Assembly: GCA_002364755.1 (NCBI GenBank) | Contig: DEZI01000018.1 | Span: 7,947-71,946, forward strand | From: Stenotrophomonas maltophilia | GTDB lineage: Bacteria > Pseudomonadota > Gammaproteobacteria > Xanthomonadales > Xanthomonadaceae | DNA length: 64,000 nucleotides | Direction: 5' to 3' | Part shown: piece by piece, positions 10,500 through 20,221 of the stretch | Layout of the letters: every line of letters starts with the position of its first letter | Numbering within the stretch: the first letter of the stretch is position 1 | Notes under the pieces: generated by a model | Database searches by the model: none | Told to the model about the DNA's origin: nothing | Seen by the model: the letters and a program-made list of their open reading frames with translations, nothing else | Position numbers and translations under genes: made by a program

Positions 10500-12121
10500 C
10501 CATCCTGCAACACCACCTGCGCGGCATTGTGCCCGGGCGCACCGGTCACGCCGCCGCCGGGATGGGTACCCGATCCACACAGGTACAGCCCCGGCAGCGC
10601 ACCGCGATAGCCGGCCTGTCCGACCATCGGTCGTGCCGAGAACAGCTGGTTGGCACTGAGCGCGCCGTGGAAGATATCGCCACCGACCAGGCCGAAGGTC
10701 CGCTCCAGATCCAGCGGTGACAGCACCTGCCGGCCCAGTACGCTGGCGGCGAAGCCCGGCGCATGGCGGTCGACGGTGGCGATCATCAGGTCGGCCACCT
10801 CATCGCGATGATCATCCCAGTGCCGGCCACCGGGCAGCACCGGCGCCACGTGCTGGCAGAACAGGCTGGCCACGTGCTGCCCGGGCGGGGCCAGCGAATC
10901 ATCCAGCGTGCTCGGGATAAGCATCTCCACGATCGGCTCGCGCGACCAGCCATCGCGCCGCGCATCCAGCCAGGCGCGGTCCATGTAGTCCAGGCTGGGC
11001 GCCATGATGATGCCGGCGCTGAGGTGGTCGCCGGAACCGGGCAGGGCGCGGAAATCCGGCAGCCGCGACAGTGCCACGTTCATACGGAACGTGCCCGAGC
11101 CGCAGCGCCACTGTGCCATCCGCTCGCGCGTCGCCGGCGGCACCTGCGCCGGGTCCAGCAGTTGTTCGTACAGCAGCTTGGGATTGACGTTGGCGACCAC
11201 CGCACGTGCGCGCAGGGTTTCGCCGTTGTCCAGTTCCACGCCGGCCGCCCGCCCCTGCTCGACCAGCACGCGCCGCACGCCCGCATCCACGCGCAGCTCC
11301 GCACCCGCCTCGCGCGCCGCCGCCGCCATCGCCTGGCTGATCGCGCCCATGCCGCCGATCGCGTGGCCCCAGGCACCCTTCACACCATTGCACTGGCCGA
11401 ACACGTGGTGCAGCAGCACATATGCACTGCCCGGCGTGTACGGGCTGGCGAAGTTGCCGACGATGCCATCGAAGCCGAACAGCGCCTTGATCGGTTCGCT
11501 CTCGAACCAGCGGTCCAGATACTCTGCGGCCGACAGGGTGAACAGGTCCAGCAGCTCCTGCCGCAGCGACGCATCCAGCGTGGCCAGTTCGCGGCCGAGG
11601 CGCCCCATCTGCCACAGCGCAGGCAGGGCGCGCCATCCGCCGGACACGCCGAGGTCGGGCGGCGCACGCAGTGCCCATGCGCGCAGTACCCGCTGGTGCG
11701 CTGGTGGCTGCCGGCCCGCTACGAAGGCGTCGGCGAAGATCCCCAGCCGCGCTTCGTACTCGGGCAGCCGTTGCCCGTCGCGCTCGGAGAACTTCGCCAC
11801 CTCGGCCTGGGTGCGGCCCGGTGCCGACAGCAGGTAGCGGCCGTCATCCATCGGCAGGAAGTTGTTGGCCGGCCGGTTGATGATGCGCAGGCCGTGCGCG
11901 TGCAGCTGCAGGTCGTCGATCACCTTCGGCTGCAGCAGCGACACGGTGTAGGACGCCACCGAGTTGCGGAAGCCGGGATGGAACTCCTCGGTGACCGCTG
12001 CGCCGCCCAGCACGCCACGGCGCTCCAGCACCAGCACCTTCTTTCCGGCTTTCGCGAGGTAGGCGGCGCACACCAGTCCGTTGTGGCCACCGCCCACGAT
12101 GATCGTGTCCCAGTGGCTCAT
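10496..12121 (-). CDS. Phytoene-desaturase-like FAD-dependent oxidoreductase
   Basis: IVGGGHNGLVCAAYLA, GGAAVTEE and C-terminal LYLCGSGTHPGGGVTGAPG. Confidence 0.88.
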   Translation of the reverse strand: MSHWDTIIVGGGHNGLVCAAYLAKAGKKVLVLERRGVLGGAAVTEEFHPGFRNSVASYTVSLLQPKVIDDLQLHAHGLRIINRPANNFLPMDDGRYLLSAPGRTQAEVAKFSERDGQRLPEYEARLGIFADAFVAGRQPPAHQRVLRAWALRAPPDLGVSGGWRALPALWQMGRLGRELATLDASLRQELLDLFTLSAAEYLDRWFESEPIKALFGFDGIVGNFASPYTPGSAYVLLHHVFGQCNGVKGAWGHAIGGMGAISQAMAAAAREAGAELRVDAGVRRVLVEQGRAAGVELDNGETLRARAVVANVNPKLLYEQLLDPAQVPPATRERMAQWRCGSGTFRMNVALSRLPDFRALPGSGDHLSAGIIMAPSLDYMDRAWLDARRDGWSREPIVEMLIPSTLDDSLAPPGQHVASLFCQHVAPVLPGGRHWDDHRDEVADLMIATVDRHAPGFAASVLGRQVLSPLDLERTFGLVGGDIFHGALSANQLFSARPMVGQAGYRGALPGLYLCGSGTHPGGGVTGAPGHNAAQVVLQDG

Positions 12122-12600
12122 GCGCCGGCAATCGCCGCTTCGATGCTGGCGATGTCGATTTTCTTCATCGGCATCATGGCGTTGAAGGCGCGTTTTGCCA
12201 GTGCCTTGTCCGTGCTGGTCACAGCATCAATGAGCATGCGTGGGCTGATCTGCCACGACACGCCCCAGCGGTCCTTGCACCAGCCGCAGTCGCTTTCCTG
12301 GCCGCCGTTGCCGACGATGGCATTCCACAGCCGGTCGGTCTCGGCCTGGTCTGCGGTCTGGATCTGGAACGAAAACGCTTCGTTGTGCTTGAACGCCGGG
12401 CCGCCGTTGAGGCCGACGCAGGCCACGCCGCAGACGGTGAACTCGACGGTGAGCACGGCGCCCTCCTGGCCGGCCGGGTAATCGCCCGGCGCGTGGTGCA
12501 CGGCGGTTACCGCGCTGTCGGGGAAGGTGTTGGCGTAAGAGGTGGCCGCATCCAGCGCCTCCTTGTCGTACCACACGCAGATGATGTTCCTCACGGTCAT
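12118..12600 (-). CDS. VOC/PhnB-like (3-demethylubiquinone-9 3-methyltransferase family) protein
   Basis: VLTVEFT, GLNGGPAF, CGWCKDRWGVSWQI and MKKIDIA. ATGA overlap with the next gene. Confidence 0.88.
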   Translation of the reverse strand: MTVRNIICVWYDKEALDAATSYANTFPDSAVTAVHHAPGDYPAGQEGAVLTVEFTVCGVACVGLNGGPAFKHNEAFSFQIQTADQAETDRLWNAIVGNGGQESDCGWCKDRWGVSWQISPRMLIDAVTSTDKALAKRAFNAMMPMKKIDIASIEAAIAGA

Positions 12601-12735
12601 GATCGGCTCCGCAGCGGACGAGGGCGCAGCGATAGCACGGGCGGTGTCAATGCGGGATCGTGCTGCACTGCAGGAACGCGCTACCCTGCGATGGCAGAGC
12701 AGTTCCCTTTCATGGCGGTACGACAAGGACGATGC

Positions 12736-14391
12736 GTGAAGATCCTGATCCTGGGCGGATATGGGGTGTTTGGAGGGCGCCTGGTGCAGCTGCTGGCGGA
12801 CCTGCCGCAGCTGGAGCTGCTGGTGGCCGGGCGCACCCTGGCGGCGGCGCAGGCCTTCTGCGCGGACTACCGCGGCGAAGCGCACGTGCGGCCGCTGCGG
12901 GTTGACCGGCAGGAGCTGGCGCCGACCCTGCTGGCCGAGCGGCCTGATCTGGTGATCGATGCGTCCGGTCCCTTCCAGGAGTACGGTAGCCAGCGCTATG
13001 CGGCCATCGAGGCCTGCATCGCCGCCAGCATCGATTACCTGGATTTTGCCGACGCCGCCGACTTCGTGTTCGGTGTCTCGCAGTTCGACGCGCGGGCGCG
13101 CGCAGCCGGCGTCTACGTGCTGTCCGGGGTCAGCAGCTTCCCCGTGCTGACCGCGGCGGTACTGCGGGTGATGGCCACGCGCATGGACATCCTCAGCGTG
13201 GAGGGCGGCATTGCGCCGTCGCCCTACGCTGGCATCGGCCTCAACGTGATGCGTGCGGTGGTGGGCTATGCCGGGTCACCGGTGAAGCTGCGTCGCGGCG
13301 GCCGCGATGGCCACGGCGTGGGCCTGGCCGAAAGCCGCCGCTTCACCGTGGCGGTGCCGGGCCGGATACCGCTGCGCAACCTGCATTTCTCGCTGGTGGA
13401 CGTGCCCGACCTGCAGGTGCTGCCGCCGGAGCACCCCACGCTGACCGATATCTGGATCGGTGCGGGCCCGGTGCCGGAGATCCTGCACCGCATCCTCAAC
13501 CTGCTGGCCAAGGCCCGGCAGCACCTGCGCCTGCCGTCGCTGGAGCCGTGCTCGCGGCTGTTATACACCGTGCTGAACCTGATGAAGTTCGGCGAACATC
13601 GCGGCGGCATGATCGTGCGCGCGCTCGGCGTGCGTGATGGCGCGCCGGTGCGGCAGAGCTGGCATCTGCTGGCCGAAGCCGATGACGGTCCCTACATTCC
13701 TTCGATGGCCATCGAAGCACTGATCCGCAAGCAGCTTGCCGGCGAAAGGCCGGCACCGGGCGCGCGCCCGGCAACGCATGCGCTGGAACTGACCAACTAT
13801 GACCGGGTGTTTGCCGGCCGCACCATCCATACCGGTTTCCGCCAGGACATGCCCGGCGCAAGCCTGTACCAGCGCGTGCTGGGCGAGGCCTATTCGCAGT
13901 TGCCCGCGGCCGTCCAGGCCCTGCATGCGCCGGGTGCGGCGCGGTGCTGGAAGGGCAGGGCCCGGGTGCAGCGAGGCCGCGGCCTGCTGTCGCGGCTGCT
14001 GGGCGTGGTGTTTGGTTTCCCGGCTGCGGGCGAGCAGGTGCCGGTCAGCGTCGCCTTTGCGCCGGAAGCCGGCGGCGAACGCTGGACGCGCACGTTTGCC
14101 GGGCGCTGTTTCTCCTCGCTGCAGACCGAAGGCCGTGGCCGCAACGAGGCGTTGCTGGTGGAACGCTTCGGCGCTGTGTCGGTGGCCCTGGCCATCGTGG
14201 TTGATGGCAGCCGGCTGCAGCTGGTGCCGCGGCGCTGGTCGCTGATGGGCATCCCGCTGCCGCGCGCGCTGCTGCCGGGCGATGACAGCTTCGAGTACGA
14301 AGTGGACGGGCGTTTCGTGTTCGATGTCGAGATCGGTGCGCCTTGGGTGGGGCGCATCGTGCATTACCGGGGAACGCTAAAGCCGACGTGA
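12736..14391 (+). CDS. Saccharopine-dehydrogenase-like NAD(P)-binding protein fused to a DUF4166-like domain
   Basis: ILGGYGVFG Rossmann motif, VIDASGPF, YLDFAD. C-terminal domain begins LYQRVLGEAYSQLPAAVQALH and ends GRIVHYRGTL. Confidence 0.78.
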   Translation: MKILILGGYGVFGGRLVQLLADLPQLELLVAGRTLAAAQAFCADYRGEAHVRPLRVDRQELAPTLLAERPDLVIDASGPFQEYGSQRYAAIEACIAASIDYLDFADAADFVFGVSQFDARARAAGVYVLSGVSSFPVLTAAVLRVMATRMDILSVEGGIAPSPYAGIGLNVMRAVVGYAGSPVKLRRGGRDGHGVGLAESRRFTVAVPGRIPLRNLHFSLVDVPDLQVLPPEHPTLTDIWIGAGPVPEILHRILNLLAKARQHLRLPSLEPCSRLLYTVLNLMKFGEHRGGMIVRALGVRDGAPVRQSWHLLAEADDGPYIPSMAIEALIRKQLAGERPAPGARPATHALELTNYDRVFAGRTIHTGFRQDMPGASLYQRVLGEAYSQLPAAVQALHAPGAARCWKGRARVQRGRGLLSRLLGVVFGFPAAGEQVPVSVAFAPEAGGERWTRTFAGRCFSSLQTEGRGRNEALLVERFGAVSVALAIVVDGSRLQLVPRRWSLMGIPLPRALLPGDDSFEYEVDGRFVFDVEIGAPWVGRIVHYRGTLKPT

Positions 14392-14706
14392 AATCCACCG
14401 CTGCGTGCATGCCGCGGGTGTGTCGGAATCGGAGCGGATTGGCACAGCATCAAGTGCCCATCAAGACGCAGTGTTCGCGATCATGTGTCGGATACAGCCT
14501 GATTTGCGTCCCTGCGATGGCCGACGCGATGGCGTTCATGCATGAACTTATCAGTAGTCTTTTCAATGACATGGCACAAGCCTGCGAGTGGCGAAGGAAG
14601 GTTGTTCTGACGCTTTCTGCGCGATTCATTGAAGGTTGTTGCATACCGGCACGGGCCGCACCTGTGCCTATAACTCTCCGGCAGTTCCACCACCGGAGAG
14701 AGCTTC

Positions 14707-17700
14707 ATGGCAGTTGCATCCACCCATCGTGTGCTGAAGCGCAGTGCGCTTTCGGCACTCCTGTTTTCCATCGTCGGCAGCGTTGCTGCGCAGAGCACTA
14801 CCGGCACCCTGTATGGCACCGCGGCGGGTTCCGAAGGCGCGACCGTCGTCGCCCAGAGCGACAGTGGCCTCAAGCGCACGGCCGCCATCGACGCACAGGG
14901 GCGCTACAGCTTTGGCGCGCTACCGGTGGGCCGTTACAGCATCAGCCTGCAGCGTGACGGACGGACTATTGAAGAACGGAATGACGTGCAGCTGCGCGTG
15001 GGCACTGGCACCGAAGTGAGTTTCGCCGCACATGGTCCGGCCACGACGCTCGATACGGTCAACGTCTCCGCGGCGAACATGCCGAAGATCGATGTCACCC
15101 ATACCGTTTCCAAATCGGTCATCACCTCCGAGCAGTTGGACGTGCTACCACTGGGGCGCAGCGCCGAATCGATCGCGCTGTTGGCGCCGGGCGTGGTCGC
15201 CGGCAGTGGGGCCTTCACCAATGGCTCGCGGTCCGTGCTGTCGTTCGGCGGCTCCAGCGTTACCGAGAACGCCTACTATCTCAACGGCTTCAACGTCACC
15301 AATCCGCTCAACTACCTGGGCGGGATCAGCCTGCCTTACGGCTCCATCGACCAGCAGGAAACCTTTACCGGAGGCTACGGTGCAGGCTACGGGCGGTCTA
15401 CCGGCGGCGTGATCAACCAGTTGGGGAAACGCGGCACCAATGCCTGGCGCTTCGGCGCTCAGGTCACATGGGCACCGGCCGGGCTGGCCGAATCACCGGC
15501 ATCGGTGAACTACCCGGACGTGGGGCTGCCGGATGGATATGCCTACGAGAACGGGAGCAAGCCGGGCACGCTGTACCGCTACCGGCGCGGTGACAAGGAA
15601 ACCACCACCACCTACAGCGGCTATGTCAGCGGGCCGCTGATCGAAGACCGGCTGTTCGTCCACCTGGCTGCGGAGTCCAACCGCCGCGAAGGTGTGGCCA
15701 CTGCCAACGAAGCCGCCGCACAGCAGGCGCGCAACCACTACCGCGTGGACACCCCGAAGTTCTACGGCAAGCTGGACTGGAACATCAACGACAGCAACAC
15801 GCTTGAGTACACCCGCTTCCAGGACACCGACCGCTATGGCGGCTACTACACCGCCTTCGACTATCCCACGCTGCAGGAGGGAGATCGCACCGGTACCTTC
15901 CCCAACACAACCAAGGCCAGCACCGACGTCGATATCTTCAAGTACACCGGCTACCTCAACGACGCGCTGACCTTCAGCACCGTGTGGGGGCGTACCCGTA
16001 CCGGCAACCTGGAGTTCAACCCGCTGGAATCGGGCAACCCCTACATCAACGGTGCCGGCAACCAGGATCCCGCGTTGAACGGCGGCACGCCCATCCGCAA
16101 CGACCAGCCCGATCTGTACACCAAGGCATCGGACGCAGGCAGTACCACGCACGGGCTGCGCATGGACCTGCAGTACCGCATCGGCAACCACGAGTTGACC
16201 GCCGGCATCGACAACATGACCTACCGGGCGCACAACGAAGGTCAGTCGATGACCGGGCCCGGCCACGCCTGGATCTACTCCCGCGGCAAACCCGATGCGT
16301 CGCCCAGCCCTGCGTTCGACATCGCACCGCCCGGTGGCGAGGGCTACTACGTGCAGAAATACATCTACTCGACCACCACCAGCATGTCGGTCAAGCAGAA
16401 GGCGTACTACCTGGAAGACCGCTGGCAGCTGACGCCCGACTGGCTGCTGACGCTCGGCCTGCGCAACGACACGTTCACCAACTACAACAGCGAGGGCAAG
16501 GCATACGTGGAGAGTGGCGACCAGTGGGCGCCACGCCTGGGCGCAAGCTGGGATGTGTTCGGCGATGCGTCGTTGAAGGTCTTCGCCAACGTCGGCCGCT
16601 ACTACCTGGCACTGCCCAACAGCGTGGCCATCCGCGGCGCCTCCGCCTCGACCTACACGCGTGAGTACTTCACCTATACCGGCATCGACGCCAATGGCAA
16701 TCCGACCGGCCTCACGCCGCTGGGGCCAGGGCCGGTGTCGACCAACGGCGAATACGGGCAGGCGCCTGATCCGCGTTCGGTGGCCCCCACCGATCTGCGT
16801 TCGCAGTACCAGGACGAACTGATTTTGGGTTTCGAAAAGACCTTGGGCACGGACTGGAACAGTGGTGCCAAGCTTAGCTACCGCCGTCTGCAGTCGGCCA
16901 TCGACGATATCTGCGATTCCGATCGCTTTGCCGAAAGGCTGGCGGGGATGGGTCTGGATCCTGACGGGTACGAACTGCCGGGGTGTGTGATCTTCAACCC
17001 TGGCCGTACCAACACCTTCCAGGTCAGGCACCGCGATGGCTCCGGCTACACGCCGGTCAGCATGAGTTCGCCCGATTGGGGCTACGACGGCAAGAAGGCG
17101 AAGCGTCAGTACGTCGCCATCGACCTGTTCATCGAGCACCCCATGTCCGATCGCTGGTACGGACGTGTCGATTAGACCTGGTCGCGCAGCTTCGGCAATA
17201 CCGAGGGCCAGGTGAAGTCGGATATCGGCCAGGACGATGTTTCCAAGACCCAGGACTGGGATGCGGTGTCGCTGATGGAGTACGCCGGCGGCTACCTCGC
17301 CAATGATCGCCGGCATCAGTTGAAGGCATTCGGCGCCTACCAGGTCAACGACGCATGGACGGCCTCGGCGACGGTGCGGGTGATGTCAGGGATGCCCAAG
17401 AGCTGCCTGGGCTTTTACGGTGCGGACCAGAGCGACCCGGCCGGTGGCTACGGTTCCTCCTACCACTACTGCAACGGCCAGCCCTCGCGTCCCGGCGATG
17501 CGGGCCGACAGCCGTGGACGGCGCAGCTGGACATCGGGCTGATGTATCGGCCGGCGTTTGCCGACAGCCGACTCGGTCTTGGCCTGGACGTGTTCAACGT
17601 GCTCAACCAGCGACGCCAGCGGCAATCGACCGCGAAATACCAGACGGGGCCCGGAACGGTGTCCAACGTGTACGGCATGGGCAGCTACTTCACGCCCCCG

Positions 17701-17736
17701 CGGACGGTGCGCCTGAGCGCCTCCTACGACTTCTGA
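14707..17736 (+). pseudogene. Oar-like TonB-dependent receptor interrupted by an in-frame TAG at 17173-17175
   Basis: Signal peptide, carboxypeptidase-regulatory-like N-domain, plug GRSTGGVIN and C-terminal SASYDF. ORFs 14707-17175 and 17212-17736 share a frame: WYGRVD*TWSRSFGNTEGQVKSD. Confidence 0.85.
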
Positions 17737-17778
17737 CCTGCGCGAACAGCGGCTCTCTCTCTCCGCAAAGGTTGGCTT

Positions 17779-17806
17779 GGCCCTGATCCGTCAGGGCCCT
17801 TTTTTC
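17779..17806 (+). terminator. Terminator after Oar-like gene
   Basis: GGCCCTGA-TCCG-TCAGGGCC followed by a T-run. Confidence 0.75.
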
Positions 17807-17824
17807 AGCCGGCATTTCGATGCA

Positions 17825-17847
17825 GTAGAGCCACGCCATGCGTGGAT
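17825..17847 (+). repeat. GTAG-type REP
   Basis: GTAGAGCCACGCCATGCGTGGAT. Confidence 0.8.
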
Positions 17848-17863
17848 GAGGCATCGGGAAGCA

Positions 17864-17889
17864 GAGAGGGCGCCCGAAGGCGCCCTCTC
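17864..17889 (-). terminator. Hairpin downstream of M13 gene
   Basis: GAGAGGGCGCC-CGAA-GGCGCCCTCTC. Confidence 0.6.
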
Positions 17890-17904
17890 ATCAAACCATC
17901 GCCG

Positions 17905-17929
17905 CTCAGACCTCAGACCTCAGACCTCA
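17905..17929. repeat. 7-bp tandem repeat (CTCAGAC)x3.5
   Basis: CTCAGAC CTCAGAC CTCAGAC CTCA, overlapping the M13 stop codon. Confidence 0.8.
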
Positions 17930-19933
17930 ACGCCAGACCTTGATCTGCTCACCCTCGGTGCGCTGCATCGGCTGGCCGGCCTTGCAGCTGAAGGTCGCAC
18001 CGAAGGCCGGCAGGTTCGACAGCGGGCCGTTGGTGCGCCAGCGACCCGGTGCACGGATGTCGGCGGTCAGGCGGCGTGCGGCCTCGTTCGGCGACAGCTG
18101 CTGCGGCCACAGCGCGGCCCAGGCGCGGAAGAAGCCCTGCTGCTGCGTCGGCGTCGCCTTCGGTTCCTGTGCGGCGTAGGCCGCCCAGGCCAGTTCCAGG
18201 CCGGCGATATCGGCCAGGTTCTCTTCCTGGGTCAGCGTGCCGTTGACCTTGGCGCCCTTCACGCCCGGGAAGTCGTAGGCGCCGTACTGCGTGGCCGCGC
18301 GGCTGCCCAGCAGCGTCCAGGCGGTCTTGTCGGCCGGGGTCCACCAGCTGCGCAGTTCACCTTTGGCATCGACCAGGGCGCCCTTGGCGTCGACGGCGCG
18401 ATTCAGTTCGTGGCCGACCAGGCCACCGAAGCTGCCGAACTTGTCGGCGGCATCGGCCTTGGCGTTGAACACCGGGCCTTGCAGGATCGCGGCGGTGACG
18501 ATCAGGCGGTTCTGCGCCAGGTCGTAGGCCAGCGACGGCTGCTGCGGCAGCACGTCCCAGCGACGGTCGGCGTTGCCCTTGCCGATGCGCTTCATTTCTT
18601 CGCGATGGCGCCAGGTTGAAGCGATCAACATGTTGCCGCCGAACGAGCCACGGCCCATCGGCTGCACGCTGTAATCCAGGTCGCGCAGCGGAGTGCCGAT
18701 CTCGATCTTCAGTGCGGCCAGCTTGGCCTGTGCTTCGGCCTTGGCCTCGGCGCTCATCCAGGTGCTGTTCTTGACCGCCTCGATCTGCACTTCGCGCACC
18801 TTGTCGACGATCCACGCCGCCTGGCGGCGATCTTCGGCGGACAGGTGGCGGGCGGCGTACTCGCGGCCGACCATCGGGCCAGCGGCCACGTTGATGGCGT
18901 CCAGCACGTTCTCCCAGCGCTGCGCGGGCAGGGTCTCACCGCGCAGCACGCGGCCGCGGAACTCGAACTCGGCGTCGCGGTAGGCCTTGGACAGGTACGG
19001 CGCCATCGAGTCACCCACGCGCCAGCGCAGATAGGCCTTCCACTGTTCCGGCTTGAGCTTGGTGACCATCGTGTCGAGCTGCTTGAACAGGCCCGGGTCA
19101 GCCAGCGAAACCAGATCGTCGTTCACGCCCTGCGCCTTCAGGAAGGCATCCAGCTGCAGGTTGCGGTAGCGGCTGTTCAGATCCTTGGTCGAGATCGGCG
19201 CGTAGTTGTTGAACGGGTTGTTGATGCCGGCCAGCGACTGCGCGTTGCGCGCCAGTTCGGTTTCCAGTTCGATCACTGACTGCGATTCGGCATCCAGCTT
19301 GGCTGCCGGGGTACCGGTCAGGGCCAGGATCTGCTTGACGTAGTTGCGGTAGCGGCCCATCAGGGCCACGGTGTCGGCATCGGTTCGGGTGTAGAACGCC
19401 GGGTCGGGCAGGCCCATGCCGCCCTGCATGAAGTAGCCGATGTGGCGGTCCAGCGCCTTCAGGTCCACGTCCGGGCCGAAGTTGAAGGCCACCGGGATGC
19501 CGACCTGGTGCAGTGCGGCGATCGAGGCCGGGACGTCCTTGGCCTTCTTTATCGCGTTGATGCGGGTCAGCAGCGGGGCGATCGGGTTGGAGCCATCGGC
19601 TTCCACCGCGGCTTCGTCCAGGCCACTGGCCCAGAAGTCGCCCAGCAGCTTCTGCACGTTGCCCTGCGGCGCCTTCATCGAGGCGTCCAGCAGTTCACGC
19701 TGCTGCTGGCGGCTGCGGTCGACCAGCTGGCCCAGCGCGGTGGCGGCGCCGGACTGCGGCACCGGGTTGGCCTTCAGCCAGTCCGCGTTGATGGCATCGT
19801 AGAAATCGCTGCACTGAGCGCTGACGGCCGGGGCGCGCACGGCCTTCTTCTTGGCAGCGAACGCATCGTGGGTCGGGACCAGGGTCGCCAGGCTGATACC
19901 CAGGGCAACGGCAAGCGGACGGAAATTGGGCAT
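17927..19933 (-). CDS. M13 (neprilysin/PepO) family protein with degenerate zinc site
   Basis: CSDFY, QGGMGLPD, ENLADIAGL and FSCKAGQPM. HExxH reads HELNR. Confidence 0.88.
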   Translation of the reverse strand: MPNFRPLAVALGISLATLVPTHDAFAAKKKAVRAPAVSAQCSDFYDAINADWLKANPVPQSGAATALGQLVDRSRQQQRELLDASMKAPQGNVQKLLGDFWASGLDEAAVEADGSNPIAPLLTRINAIKKAKDVPASIAALHQVGIPVAFNFGPDVDLKALDRHIGYFMQGGMGLPDPAFYTRTDADTVALMGRYRNYVKQILALTGTPAAKLDAESQSVIELETELARNAQSLAGINNPFNNYAPISTKDLNSRYRNLQLDAFLKAQGVNDDLVSLADPGLFKQLDTMVTKLKPEQWKAYLRWRVGDSMAPYLSKAYRDAEFEFRGRVLRGETLPAQRWENVLDAINVAAGPMVGREYAARHLSAEDRRQAAWIVDKVREVQIEAVKNSTWMSAEAKAEAQAKLAALKIEIGTPLRDLDYSVQPMGRGSFGGNMLIASTWRHREEMKRIGKGNADRRWDVLPQQPSLAYDLAQNRLIVTAAILQGPVFNAKADAADKFGSFGGLVGHELNRAVDAKGALVDAKGELRSWWTPADKTAWTLLGSRAATQYGAYDFPGVKGAKVNGTLTQEENLADIAGLELAWAAYAAQEPKATPTQQQGFFRAWAALWPQQLSPNEAARRLTADIRAPGRWRTNGPLSNLPAFGATFSCKAGQPMQRTEGEQIKVWR

Positions 19934-20017
19934 GTAGAACGAATCCGTGATGGATTGAGGGCGGGCGAACTATAGCAAGCCGTGCATGGGCACGGGATGC
20001 ATGCGTCACGCGGCTTC

Positions 20018-20138
20018 CGCCGGGCATGGCCCGGCGCTACCAGGTGGTGTGGCGTGGGCAGTAGATTCACGCCATGCGTGGATGGCGCTACCTGCATGGG
20101 GTCAGAGCCCCCACGCTGCGCGCAAGGGATCCGACCCC
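20018..20138. repeat. Mosaic of REP and palindromic elements between the two M13 genes
   Basis: CGCCGGGCATGGCCCGGCGCTAC; GTAGATTCACGCCATGCGTGGAT; GGGGTCAGAGCCC...GGGATCCGACCCC. Confidence 0.75.
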
Positions 20139-20168
20139 GGGAAGCGCCGGCCTGAGCCGCCAAAAACA

Positions 20169-20193
20169 AAGGCCCGGGAAATCCCGGGCCTTT
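20169..20193 (-). terminator. Terminator after M13 lipoprotein gene
   Basis: AAGGCCCGGG-AAAT-CCCGGGCCTT with a flanking A-tract. Confidence 0.7.
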
Positions 20194-20221
20194 GAAGGTT
20201 CACTTTGGCGTCAGCCGCGGC

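Noticed and set aside
14572..14586. Possible sigma54 promoter TGGCACAAGCCTGC upstream of the Oar-like gene
   Set aside because: The GG-GC spacing is 9 nt, not the required 10.
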